A stretch of DNA of 64,000 nucleotides from an uncultured Caulobacterales bacterium. GTDB taxonomy: Bacteria; Pseudomonadota; Alphaproteobacteria; Caulobacterales; Caulobacteraceae. The stretch is taken from the NCBI GenBank assembly GCA_903862425.1, contig CAIOYC010000027.1, positions 1-64,000 on the forward strand, in the 5' to 3' direction. The notes under the pieces are model-generated. The model was given only the letters and a program-made list of their open reading frames with translations. It was not told where the DNA came from and ran no database searches. The position numbers and the translations under genes are program-made. Each line of letters starts with the position of its first letter. Within the stretch, counting starts at the first letter, position 1. Positions 17,624 to 26,972 of the stretch are shown here, piece after piece.

Positions 17624-18777
17624 AGGCAGTAGTCGAACAGGGCCCAGGCGAGCGGCGAGCCGCCCTCCGCCGCGCGCCAGCCGGTACGCAGGGCGACGAG
17701 GTGCAGGGCCAGCATCAGCGCGGCGCCGACGACGCCGTATTCGAACACCACCCCGACCCAGCCGATGTCCGAGGTGAAGAAGTATCCCGTGCCCACGACG
17801 CTCGCGAGGTCTACCTCGCCGGCCCGCGTCGCCCCGCCAGCGCCGATCAGCCAGCGCAGCGGCTGGTCGTTGAGAAAGCCGATACCGGCGCTGTATTCCC
17901 GCTGCCGCTCGGTGAGCGAACCGCCAAGGCTGGCGGCGGTGTCGTGCGATCCAGCCACGGCGATCAGGAACGGCGCGGCGACCAGCGCCAGTCCGATCAG
18001 AATGCCGAACCAACCCCCACGCCTGCGCCCCCACTGGATCACCGGGGCCAGGATCACGATCCCCGCCGCGCCCGCGATCTGGGTGCGCTGCTTGTAGATA
18101 AGCAGCATCAACACAAAGGCCGCGCCGATCAGCAGGGGCGGCAGCAGGCTCGGCCGCGCCCAGAATCGGCGGTTCAGCAGGAATACCCACAGCACGGCGA
18201 AGAACATCGGCAGGTTCAGTCGCGCACCCCGGTCTTCGTCCCAGAGGAAGATCTTGGTCTCTTCGATGCCTTTCAGATAGGCCTCCGGCGGCGTCAGGAG
18301 GAAGATGAGCCCCATCAGAGCGAAGGTGGTGAAGCCGAGGATGTGGACTGACTGCTCAAGGGTTCTCGCCTCAGGTTTCAGCCAGGCCAGAACGGCGGAA
18401 AGCGACAGAACCCCCGCGAGCGACCAGAGCTTGATCGTGCCGCTGAGCGCCCCGCCGAGACTGTCGCCTAGGGTCGCCATGCTGACCAGCGGCGTCACCC
18501 CGACCATCCAGGCCAGAGCGAGCAGCACCAGCTTCATCCCTGGCGCCTTGACGGTCGCCACGCCGAGGACGGCGAGCGGCAGGGTCAGCAACGGCCAGGC
18601 CTTCGCCAGAGCATAGACCGGCGGCAGATCGACTACATAGGCGAAGGTCTCGCCGAACAGCGGCAACAGCCCCACCAGCGCCGCCAGCCCCCACCAGCGC
18701 CGCAAATCCAAAGGCGCCCTGGTCTGTACAGGGATCAGCACACGCCCGCGCGGATGGGCGAGAACAGAGCCGCTCAT
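17482..18777 (-). CDS. O-antigen ligase/Wzy-like polysaccharide polymerase family membrane protein
   Basis: Polytopic membrane protein. Start re-set to ATG (MSGSVLAHP...) which overlaps the WecB-family gene stop by 4 nt. 3-prime end overlaps the convergent S9 peptidase gene by ~142 nt. Confidence 0.6.
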   Translation of the reverse strand: MSGSVLAHPRGRVLIPVQTRAPLDLRRWWGLAALVGLLPLFGETFAYVVDLPPVYALAKAWPLLTLPLAVLGVATVKAPGMKLVLLALAWMVGVTPLVSMATLGDSLGGALSGTIKLWSLAGVLSLSAVLAWLKPEARTLEQSVHILGFTTFALMGLIFLLTPPEAYLKGIEETKIFLWDEDRGARLNLPMFFAVLWVFLLNRRFWARPSLLPPLLIGAAFVLMLLIYKQRTQIAGAAGIVILAPVIQWGRRRGGWFGILIGLALVAAPFLIAVAGSHDTAASLGGSLTERQREYSAGIGFLNDQPLRWLIGAGGATRAGEVDLASVVGTGYFFTSDIGWVGVVFEYGVVGAALMLALHLVALRTGWRAAEGGSPLAWALFDYCLYLLLTSPVLSVVFAPGELATCLALMGALAVGAGTAGAAPRSSRAKN

Positions 18778-19544
18778 TCGGCGGCGTGGGCGGGCTGGCG
18801 ACGCAGCCGGGCCTTGAAGGCGATCCATATGATCGGGAAGGACTCGATGAACACGCGCCGGAAGTGTCCGCGCGGGTTTTTCATCAGGCGATAGGCCCAT
18901 TCGAGGTTGGAGCGGCGCCAGATTTCGGGCGCGCGAGGCTGGACCCCGGTGAGGAAGTTGAGGGCGCTGCCGACGCACAAGCCGATGCCGCTGGCCCGTC
19001 CGGTGGCCACGATCCGCGCCGCCACCACCTCGGACTGCGGCGCCCCGACGACCATGAAGATATACCGTGCGGGCCGGTGCAGGACGAAGGCGATGCAGCG
19101 CTCGATCTCAGCCGGGTCGTGGTGAAAGCCCATGGGCGGATCGAATCGGCGGATATCGGTCAATCCGAACCTGGACCGCATGCGGTGCTCCACCTCGGCG
19201 TCGCCGCCGAGCATGACGACCGGCGTCGTGGGCGGTACACCGTGTTGGAAAAGGGCGACCACTAGGTCGCTGCCCGCCGCCAGCGGCAAGTCGAAGCCGA
19301 ACACCCAGCGCGCGATCAGCCGCAGGATACGACTGTCGTTGAGCAGCAGCCAGGCGCCGGTATGACCCTCGCAGAACCGCTTGTCGTTGCGGTGCGCCGC
19401 GACGGTGTGCTGGGCGTTGGGCGTCGCCACATAGGCGAAGGGCTCATCCATCCGCCGACGGACGATCAGATCGAGCGCATGATCCAGCCCAAGCGGTGTG
19501 AAGGGCACGCCGAGGAAGACCCGCCGCTCAAGCGCGCTCGTCAT
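18774..19544 (-). CDS. WecB/TagA/CpsF-family glycosyltransferase
   Basis: Family signature region VATPNAQHTVAAHRNDK. ATG start (MTSALERR) overlaps the Wza stop in an ATGA junction. Confidence 0.8.
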   Translation of the reverse strand: MTSALERRVFLGVPFTPLGLDHALDLIVRRRMDEPFAYVATPNAQHTVAAHRNDKRFCEGHTGAWLLLNDSRILRLIARWVFGFDLPLAAGSDLVVALFQHGVPPTTPVVMLGGDAEVEHRMRSRFGLTDIRRFDPPMGFHHDPAEIERCIAFVLHRPARYIFMVVGAPQSEVVAARIVATGRASGIGLCVGSALNFLTGVQPRAPEIWRRSNLEWAYRLMKNPRGHFRRVFIESFPIIWIAFKARLRRQPAHAAE

Positions 19545-20248
19545 GGCGTATAGCTCCCGGCGGTGTAGCCGACCGAGCGGCTGAACGGGAGGAGCTTGTT
19601 GATGTTTTCGTCGATCCACAGGTCGATCTCGGCGATGTGGCTCCGGGGAACGAAAACGATGTCCTCCGAGGCCAGGGCGATGCTTTCGCCGCCGGCTCCG
19701 CGCGAGACGAAGGCGCGCAGGTCCACCGTGCGCAGCATGGGCGCCGCGCCGGGGCGTTGGCGCAGCACCACCACCTGATCCATCCGGCTCTCGGGCAAAA
19801 GACCGCCGGCCAGCATCACCGCCTCCAGCGTGGTCGCGCGCGGGGGCAGGGGGTACACGCCGGGCCGTCCGACCTGTCCGCCGACGATGATACGCGCCGC
19901 CTTGGCGTCCGACAGGGATACGGTGACCATGGGATGGGTGAGGCGCAGGCTCGACAGGCTCAGTACCTGCGCCTGAAACTGGTCCAGGGTCATGTTCTGG
20001 GCCGGCAACCGGCCGATCACCTTCAGCGCCACGGCCCCATCAGGCTCCACCACCGCCTCCTGGCTGAGCTCGGGCGTAAGGAGGAAATCCACCCTGAGCC
20101 TGTCGCCCGAACCCAAGCGATAGACGGGCGCCTGGTCCGTCCACGGAGCAAATTCTTTTGCTGCGCGCGGACGAATGCTGATCGACTGGGTGGTGGAGCA
20201 CCCGGCCAGCAAGAGCGCCGCGAGAAATGCAGTCAACTTCAGAGCCAT
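19541..20248 (-). CDS. Polysaccharide export outer-membrane lipoprotein (Wza-like, Poly_export/SLBB)
   Basis: Lipobox LLLAGCS. Poly_export-like region. Overlaps Wzc-like stop by 10 nt. Confidence 0.8.
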   Translation of the reverse strand: MALKLTAFLAALLLAGCSTTQSISIRPRAAKEFAPWTDQAPVYRLGSGDRLRVDFLLTPELSQEAVVEPDGAVALKVIGRLPAQNMTLDQFQAQVLSLSSLRLTHPMVTVSLSDAKAARIIVGGQVGRPGVYPLPPRATTLEAVMLAGGLLPESRMDQVVVLRQRPGAAPMLRTVDLRAFVSRGAGGESIALASEDIVFVPRSHIAEIDLWIDENINKLLPFSRSVGYTAGSYTP

Positions 20249-22308
20249 TTCATCAGCCCTCCTGGAATGTGGAAGCGGCGGCGGGCGAAGACGAAGCCCA
20301 GCAGGTCTCCACCCGAGGCCAGCACTGTTTCGACCAGGGCCCGGGCGGCCGGCGCGCGTGTGACCTCGGCCTCGACCACAATGAGATTCACGTCCACAAG
20401 GGCAAACCGTCGACGCGCCTCATAGGTGGAGAAATCGACTTCGGCGGCGATGACGATCCAGTCGAACCCGGCACGAAGCTGTTTCAGGAAATCGCGCGCG
20501 CCTTCGGTCTCCGCACCTGGATCCCCCAGCGGCGTGCCGGCGAGGTCGAGCGCGACCCAGACGCCGTGCTGCGCGCCCTCTGCGACCGTAAGCTGCCCCT
20601 GGCGCAGACGCAGGGTCTTTCCGGGGCCGGCGACGCGACGGCTGAACCCGCGCTCCGTATCGAGATCGGCGAGCAGAATACGCGGCGCGCGACCGGCCGT
20701 CGGCGAGGCCCCCGGGCGGACGGCCAAGGCCTGGGCCAACGCCAGGGCGACCGCCGACTTTGCTCCCCGGTCCGGCCCGGCGATCTGGATCACCCGCGCG
20801 GGGCGGCCATCGATCAATACATCGCAGAGCATGGCCGCCAGCCGGATCGCGCCGAGTGCGGGGTCCGCGCCCTCGACTTCGGCCAGGGGCGACAGGCGCA
20901 GACCGCGCTCCGCCTCGCCGGGGGTGAGAAAGACTTGGCGCACCAACCCGGCCACGCTGGCGGCGGCGATCCCCGCGCCAAGCCCGCCGAACAGTCCTGC
21001 GAGGATCAGACTGGGCGCAAGGTTGCGGCCCTTGAGCGGGGCGGCGGGCGGCTGGACCACACGCAGGGCGCCGTCGCGGCGGTCCACCGCCTCGGCCTCC
21101 AGTCGGGCTCCGGCGCGGGCCACGGAAAGCTGTTTGTAAAGCTGCTCCGCCACGTCGCGGGAGCGGCCGAGGGCGCGAAGCTCCTCGTCGGCCTGGCGCA
21201 GGGCGGCGACGCGCGCGGCGGCGGCGATGATCTCCTGACCAAGGGCGCCGTTTTGGCGGGACAGGGACTGAGCCTCCACCAACAAGGCGGCGCGACGCTG
21301 CTCCAGCTGGTCATGCACCGGATTGCGCACGGTGCGTTCGCTGCGATAGCGGTCACGGGCGTTGGCGGCGACCTGATCGGCAGCGACGGCGATCTTGCGT
21401 TCAACTTCCTTCAGGCCGGGATAGTCGGGCGCGTACTGGGCGGCGAGGTGCTCTCGCTCCTGGCGCAGGCGCAGCAACGTGTTACGTGCATCGTCATTGG
21501 GCGGAGCGTTGGCGGCGTCCTGGCTGTCCAGCACCCGCGCCGGCTGGGCGGAGAGGCCCGAGGCGGTCGCGATGAGTTCCGCACCGGAGGCGGCGGCGCG
21601 CTCGCGCACCTGTCCGGCGCGCTGATTCAGCATGTCCAGCCGCGCGCTGGCGAGCTGAATATCTTGTCCGATGTCTAGAACGGCGTAGTGGTCGCGCACC
21701 GCCTGGATGCGACGATCGAGCTCTGCGATGTCCTGCCGCGCCCGATCAAGTTCGCCGCCCTGCAGGTCCTCCGAATCGCTCCTGTAGAGGGTGAGCCGGC
21801 GTTGGCGATAGGCGTCGATCAGGGCTTGCACGGCGCGTAGGGCCTGGGGCCGATCGGCGCTCTGATAGGTGACGTGGATGATGTTGGAGGTGGCGGCGGC
21901 CTCGACCTTGAGGTGCTTCTTGAACTTCTCCACGACCTTGTCGGGCGCCGTTCCGCCCGCCACCGTATCGGCGGCGAGGCGCACCACCGGCTCGCTCTTC
22001 AGGATCTGGATGTCGGATTGCAGCAGGCGCTGCACCGCGTCCGGGCTCGCGGCCATCACGGGTGTTGCAAGGCCGTCGCGCACGCTTTCGCCCGCATCGG
22101 CGCGCACTAGCAACAGGCTCTCGGCGGTAAAGGTCGTCCGGTTGAAGGCGGCGACGACGACGCCGGCCAGCAGACCCACCAGCACGCAGCCAAGGATCAG
22201 CTTCCAGCTATAGAAAGCCTGCGTCGCCACCTCGCGAACCGAGGGCGCCCCACTATCCCTGGGCCGCCAAGGCGCCAACCGGCCGAAACTGCTCGCGTCG
22301 TCAGACAT
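20239..22308 (-). CDS. Polysaccharide co-polymerase/chain-length determinant with C-terminal BY-kinase-like domain (Wzc/ExoP-like; Walker A degenerate)
   Basis: N-terminal TM. Long periplasmic coiled-coil domain. Second TM. C-terminal P-loop-like segment IAGPDRGAKSAVALALAQALA that does not fit canonical GxxxxGK[ST]. Confidence 0.7.
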   Translation of the reverse strand: MSDDASSFGRLAPWRPRDSGAPSVREVATQAFYSWKLILGCVLVGLLAGVVVAAFNRTTFTAESLLLVRADAGESVRDGLATPVMAASPDAVQRLLQSDIQILKSEPVVRLAADTVAGGTAPDKVVEKFKKHLKVEAAATSNIIHVTYQSADRPQALRAVQALIDAYRQRRLTLYRSDSEDLQGGELDRARQDIAELDRRIQAVRDHYAVLDIGQDIQLASARLDMLNQRAGQVRERAAASGAELIATASGLSAQPARVLDSQDAANAPPNDDARNTLLRLRQEREHLAAQYAPDYPGLKEVERKIAVAADQVAANARDRYRSERTVRNPVHDQLEQRRAALLVEAQSLSRQNGALGQEIIAAAARVAALRQADEELRALGRSRDVAEQLYKQLSVARAGARLEAEAVDRRDGALRVVQPPAAPLKGRNLAPSLILAGLFGGLGAGIAAASVAGLVRQVFLTPGEAERGLRLSPLAEVEGADPALGAIRLAAMLCDVLIDGRPARVIQIAGPDRGAKSAVALALAQALAVRPGASPTAGRAPRILLADLDTERGFSRRVAGPGKTLRLRQGQLTVAEGAQHGVWVALDLAGTPLGDPGAETEGARDFLKQLRAGFDWIVIAAEVDFSTYEARRRFALVDVNLIVVEAEVTRAPAARALVETVLASGGDLLGFVFARRRFHIPGGLMKWL

Positions 22309-22385
22309 AGAGACATGAATAATCGGAATGGTTGTATAAAATGTTTACCGCCACCGTGGCATGCACACCCTCGGATTGAGCGACG

Positions 22386-23690
22386 GTGGATATGACGAGT
22401 TTGGCGGCAGACGACGGATGGCGACGCGCCTTGCGGCGGTCCGGCGCGCTGGCGGGGCGCGGTCTTGAAGCGGTTGGCAAGTTTCTGCTCTATGCCTTGG
22501 CGGCGCGAGAGCTGGGCGCAGTGGATGCAGGACGCTTCTTCCTGTGTCTCGGGGCGATCCTAATGATCGCTACCCTGGCCCGGCTCGGCCTGGAGCGACC
22601 CCTCACAAGGCACGTGGCGGCGGAGCGAGCTGTGGGCGCATACCGGCTGGCGCGGCAGGCCATGCTGCGCGGCGGCCTTGTCGTCTTCGCCGTCAGCGTG
22701 GCGGCGGGAGTCGTGCTCTGGTCGTTGTCGCCGATCATTGCCCGGCTGGGGTTTCATCAGCCTGAGCTGCAAGCCCCCCTGCGCGCCGCAGCCTTGGTCC
22801 TGCCAGCGCAGAACATGGCCTATGTGGCGGCCTATGTGCTGATCGGCCTTGACCGCGCGGGTGCGGCCCAGATGGTGATGAACGCCGTCGCGCCCTGCTT
22901 TCTGGTGGTCGCCCTGCTCGCCGTGCGGCTGACAGCGGTCGATCTCCTGCACCTCTACGCCTGCGCGTACGCCGGCTGTGCGCTGCTGGGCGGCGCGATC
23001 ATCATGCGGGAGGCCTGGACCGGGGATGCGCCGATTGGCGCCTCACATGAACCGCTCGGATCCCTGTGGGGCGCGGGGCGGACGCTGCTGCCGGTGGAGC
23101 TGTCGCAGGCCGCCCTCCTCAGCCTTCCGACCATGCTGGTGGGCGTTTTCGCCGGGGCGGTGGAGGTGAGCGCCTTCTCCATCGCCAGCCGGGTGTCGAT
23201 GCTGGTGGCGACCATCGTCATCTCCATTGGCGCCATGGCGGCGCCAGGCTTCGCGCGCCACCATCGTCGCCGAGCCTTCGCTGAGTTGCGGATGGACAAC
23301 CAGCGCGCGCGTCGCGCTGCCTATGCGCTCTGCCTGCCTGCCGTGATCGGCATGACCGTGTTCGCCTGGCCTGTCCTGGGAGCCATGCACGCCCCCCTGC
23401 CCGGAGCGCCGCTGTGTCTGTGGATCCTGCTGGTCGGACAGTTAGCCTTCTGCCTCCTTCCCTGCCAGGACACGCTTCTGGCCATGACCGGACATGCAAC
23501 GGTGTTGCGTAGGCTGGCTCTGGTGCAGGTGGCGGCCTGCACGATCGGCTGCCTGCTTCTGGTCCCGCCCCTGGGCGGTGTCGGCGCCGCGATCGCCAGT
23601 TCAGCCATCTGGACCTTTGGGGCGATAGGATGCGCCCTTGCCGCGCGCAAGCTCGTCTGGGCCGAGGCGAACGGAGCGCTCGCGGCTTAG
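22386..23690 (+). CDS. Wzx-like oligosaccharide flippase (polysaccharide biosynthesis protein, MOP superfamily)
   Basis: ~12-TM protein. N-terminal GKFLLYALAARELGAVDAGRFFLCLGAI typical of PST/Wzx family. Divergent from the wzc-like operon. Confidence 0.7.
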   Translation: MDMTSLAADDGWRRALRRSGALAGRGLEAVGKFLLYALAARELGAVDAGRFFLCLGAILMIATLARLGLERPLTRHVAAERAVGAYRLARQAMLRGGLVVFAVSVAAGVVLWSLSPIIARLGFHQPELQAPLRAAALVLPAQNMAYVAAYVLIGLDRAGAAQMVMNAVAPCFLVVALLAVRLTAVDLLHLYACAYAGCALLGGAIIMREAWTGDAPIGASHEPLGSLWGAGRTLLPVELSQAALLSLPTMLVGVFAGAVEVSAFSIASRVSMLVATIVISIGAMAAPGFARHHRRRAFAELRMDNQRARRAAYALCLPAVIGMTVFAWPVLGAMHAPLPGAPLCLWILLVGQLAFCLLPCQDTLLAMTGHATVLRRLALVQVAACTIGCLLLVPPLGGVGAAIASSAIWTFGAIGCALAARKLVWAEANGALAA

Positions 23691-23696
23691 GAAAAA

Positions 23697-23732
23697 GGCT
23701 CCGGGCGAAGCGGGGGCGCTTCACCCGGAGCC
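23697..23732. terminator. Nested GC-rich stem-loop (GGCTCCGGGCGAAGCG-ggg-CGCTTCACCCGGAGCC, one mismatch) between convergent wzx-like and fkbM genes
   Basis: 16-bp stem with 3-nt loop read from sequence. Probable bidirectional terminator. Confidence 0.55.
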
Positions 23733-23801
23733 CGGTCCGGCATCGACGACGGCGGGTGGTGTGAGCCGCCGACCCCGGACCTGTCCCCCGAAGGGGATTG
23801 G

Positions 23802-24668
23802 TCAGCTTGGAAAAGGCGCCGGCTTGTCGCGGTGGCAGGCGAGGATGTTGCAGAAATCCGCTGGCGGCTCGTTCACCTCGCGAAATCGATCCCCACTGAG
23901 GCGGTGGAAGCGATAGCCATGGGCCGCGAGTCTCGCCCAGGCTTCGCCGGCGGGCGCGCCGTCGCCGCCGGAATTGATATGGGCGTTGCACTCGAACAGA
24001 ACCGCCGGCCGCTGTTTCGACAACACCTGCGCCGCCCCCTCGATCACCATGGGCTCCGCGCCTTCGACGTCGATCTTGATCAGGTCGATGCGCTCGAGCT
24101 CGAATTCCGTCGCAAGACGATCCAGGCGCACGGTCGGCACCGTCTCGCCCTCCAGCGCATCGGGGTGGGCTATGAGCGAGAAGGCCTGCGGGTCATCGCC
24201 CAGCGGTACATGATGCAGGACGGCTTCGCCCTCGCGGTCAGATGCCGCCGTGGCCAGAGCTTGCACCCAGGGAAAACGGTTGAGGTCCAGATTGGCAAGG
24301 AGCTGTTCATAGGCGTCCCAGCCGGGCTCTAGGGCCACTATGCGTCCGGATGGTCCGACCAGCCGAGCCGCCTTCAGCGTATAGAGGCCGATATTGGCGC
24401 CGACGTCGATGAAAATGTCGCCGGGCTTGAGGAGTTGGTCCAGCACACGCAGTTCGGGCTCGGCCCAGTCGCGCAGTAGGTAGGCGGTGACGGTGGTGTA
24501 GCGCAGATCGGCCGGCGTTCGCAGCCGTTCGCCCGCGTGGGTCAGACTGAAGGTGGGGCGACGTCGCATGCCCACATGGGCAGCGAGTACTCCGGCGCGG
24601 AACATGACCCCAATCGGGTCGGCGCGGAAGGCGGGCTGGCGCGACAGACGTTGCAGACGGCTCAGCAT
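23802..24668 (-). CDS. FkbM-family methyltransferase
   Basis: FkbM signature DVGANIGLYTLKAARL. Confidence 0.8.
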   Translation of the reverse strand: MLSRLQRLSRQPAFRADPIGVMFRAGVLAAHVGMRRRPTFSLTHAGERLRTPADLRYTTVTAYLLRDWAEPELRVLDQLLKPGDIFIDVGANIGLYTLKAARLVGPSGRIVALEPGWDAYEQLLANLDLNRFPWVQALATAASDREGEAVLHHVPLGDDPQAFSLIAHPDALEGETVPTVRLDRLATEFELERIDLIKIDVEGAEPMVIEGAAQVLSKQRPAVLFECNAHINSGGDGAPAGEAWARLAAHGYRFHRLSGDRFREVNEPPADFCNILACHRDKPAPFPS

Positions 24669-25447
24669 GACGAAACTCCTGATCTCGACGCGAGGGTGTG
24701 AAGGGTCTGAGGCGGCATCCAGAAGGCGTTCTCGCCCTGACCGCGGCCGGGCCAGAAGCCGCCCTCGCGATGCACCACCTCGATGTAGCCGGCGTCACGC
24801 AGGAGCAGGTCTACGCGCGCATCGCCGTAATAGCGCTCGACCATCAACACCGGCCGGGCCTTGCGCAGGGTCTGACGGGCGCCGGCCAGCACGTCGTACT
24901 CGCAGCCCTCCACGTCGATCTTCATGAAGGTGGGCCGCAGGCCGAAGGCGTCCAGCGGCAGCAGGGCGCAGGTCTGCTGTTGCAACGTCACCGCCTCGGG
25001 CGTGAAGCCGAACAGCGTCGCTTCGCACAGATAGCGCCGGGAAATCTCCGCATCGAACGTGGCCAGGCCGTCATAGGGAAAGCCTTTGTAATGCGGCGTG
25101 TAGAGGGTGCGCCGGTGACACTTGTCGCCAAGGCCGACGCCGATCAGCCGCACGCCCTCGGTTTCGCCGAAATGCCCCTTCAGCCACAGCATCATGCGCG
25201 GATTGGGCTCGAAACAGACGATCCGGGCATCAGGCCGATAGCGGCGCATCGACAGGATGCTCTGTCCGCGGTTGGCGCCGACGTCGATGAACAGGTCGTC
25301 CTCGCGGCGGGGCAGGTCGGCGATGGCGGCAAAGGCGGGATCGTGCGCCAGGCGGAAGGTGGAGCGCGCCCAGTGATAGGCCTCGTTCTTCACTTCGGCG
25401 AGGCCAGGTACATAGTTCTGGGCAGTACGGGCGATCTTCTTCCACAT
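24662..25447 (-). CDS. FkbM-family methyltransferase (second copy)
   Basis: FkbM signature FIDVGANRGQSILSM. ATG (MWKKIART) shares 1 nt with the stop of the upstream glycosylphosphotransferase gene. ORF-track N-terminal 255 aa are out-of-frame overlap. Confidence 0.75.
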   Translation of the reverse strand: MWKKIARTAQNYVPGLAEVKNEAYHWARSTFRLAHDPAFAAIADLPRREDDLFIDVGANRGQSILSMRRYRPDARIVCFEPNPRMMLWLKGHFGETEGVRLIGVGLGDKCHRRTLYTPHYKGFPYDGLATFDAEISRRYLCEATLFGFTPEAVTLQQQTCALLPLDAFGLRPTFMKIDVEGCEYDVLAGARQTLRKARPVLMVERYYGDARVDLLLRDAGYIEVVHREGGFWPGRGQGENAFWMPPQTLHTLASRSGVSSC

Positions 25448-26889
25448 CAGAACACGCTGGGTCCCATGAGGCCACGGAAGGCCGTGGCCAGGATGATCCG
25501 CAGGTCCAGCCATAGCGACCAGTTGCGGATGTAATGAAGGTCGAGCTCCACGCCCCGACGGGCGCGCTCTACGGAATGGATGCCGCCGCGCATGCCGTTG
25601 ATCTGGGCCCAGCCGGTGACGCCGGGCTTGATCTGGTGACGGGCGGCATAGGCGCGCACCACCTCGGCATAGGCGCCCGAACCGACCTGCATATTGGCCA
25701 CGTGCGGGCGTGGGCCGACCACGGACATGTCGCCCTTCAGCACGTTGAACAGCTGGGGAAGCTCGTCGATGGAGGTCCTGCGCAGGAAGGCGCCGAGGCG
25801 GGTGAGGCGCGGATCGCCGGCGACCGCACCGCGCGACCCGTCGTCGGTCGGGTCCACGCGCATGGAGCGGAACTTGTAGATGGTAAACGGGCGGCCGTTG
25901 AAGCCGAGCCGTCGCTGGCGGAAAAGGACCGGGCCGCCGCCGGACAGCTTCAGCGCAAGCGCCGTCGCCAGCATGAGCGGCGCAGCGAGCAGCAGGATCG
26001 CCGTCGCTACGGTATAGTCGAGCAACAGCTTGAGCAGGGCTTCGGCGCCCTTCAGCGGATGACGATGCAGGATGAGGGCGGGTCGGCCGGCGACATCGGT
26101 CATCATCCGCGAGCCCTTGAGCGTGTCGGGATCGTCCACCAGCACAGCGATGTCGGCGGAGATCCATTGCAGCGCGCTGGTCAGGGTGAACAGGCTGTGC
26201 GGGCCGGACCACGGGCCGGTGAGGACAATGAGGTCCACGCCCTCTTCCTCCGCCAAGCGGCGCAGCGCGGCCAGATCGTGTCCGTCGTTACCCTGGTCGG
26301 TGTAGCGGCCGAGAGCGATGGTGCGGTCGTCCTTGCGCAGGGTCTCGTAAAGCGCCAGGGCGGCGGCCGATTTGCCGACTACGGCGGTGCGCCGCCGCCG
26401 CCACCGCGCGCCGAAGGCTTCGGACGTCTTCGCGGTGACGATCCTGGCAAGGGGCAGAGCCAGAAGTGTTCCGGCCGTCCATAGGCTCAGCCACAGCCGG
26501 GCGCGGACGCCCTCGGAGGCAAAGGCGGTGATCAGCAGGCCGTTCATGGAGGCGGCGATCGTCACCCCGGTAAAGATATCGATCAGCGCCGGGCCAACGA
26601 AGCGGCGACGCTCGGGCCTGTAGCTGCCGGATGCGCCAAGGACGGTCGCCAGCGTCGCCGCACCGACGGCGCCGAGCACCGCCGCCTCCGCCAGGGTCGG
26701 CCCGCCGTCGGCGTGACTGAGCGGCGTCACCGCCAGCGCCAGCCCCGCCGTCAACGCCGCATCGAGGCAGGCGGCCAGGCGGTTGATCAGGCCCTGCGAG
26801 GGCCTCACCACCGAAGGCGCCCGGCGGCGGACGCTCTGCAACGCCACCGGCCGCGTTGCGTCCAAGGATGGATGGATCAGCAAACTCAT
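25447..26889 (-). CDS. Undecaprenyl-phosphate sugar phosphotransferase (WbaP/ExoY-family priming transferase)
   Basis: N-terminal TM bundle. C-terminal bacterial sugar transferase domain DELPQLFNVLKGDMSVVGPRPH. Confidence 0.85.
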   Translation of the reverse strand: MSLLIHPSLDATRPVALQSVRRRAPSVVRPSQGLINRLAACLDAALTAGLALAVTPLSHADGGPTLAEAAVLGAVGAATLATVLGASGSYRPERRRFVGPALIDIFTGVTIAASMNGLLITAFASEGVRARLWLSLWTAGTLLALPLARIVTAKTSEAFGARWRRRRTAVVGKSAAALALYETLRKDDRTIALGRYTDQGNDGHDLAALRRLAEEEGVDLIVLTGPWSGPHSLFTLTSALQWISADIAVLVDDPDTLKGSRMMTDVAGRPALILHRHPLKGAEALLKLLLDYTVATAILLLAAPLMLATALALKLSGGGPVLFRQRRLGFNGRPFTIYKFRSMRVDPTDDGSRGAVAGDPRLTRLGAFLRRTSIDELPQLFNVLKGDMSVVGPRPHVANMQVGSGAYAEVVRAYAARHQIKPGVTGWAQINGMRGGIHSVERARRGVELDLHYIRNWSLWLDLRIILATAFRGLMGPSVF

Positions 26890-26972
26890 GGTCAGTCCCC
26901 AGACAACGCGACCTCAATGCAGAATGCCCGGCAAGGTCGCGCTATCAACCGAACACAACTAAAGGTAGATAT

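Noticed and set aside
24662-26212. 516-aa ORF-track protein (N-terminal 255 aa plus FkbM domain)
   Set aside because: N-terminal part is an out-of-frame overlap of the WbaP-like gene. Real FkbM start is the ATG at 25447, sharing 1 nt with the upstream stop.
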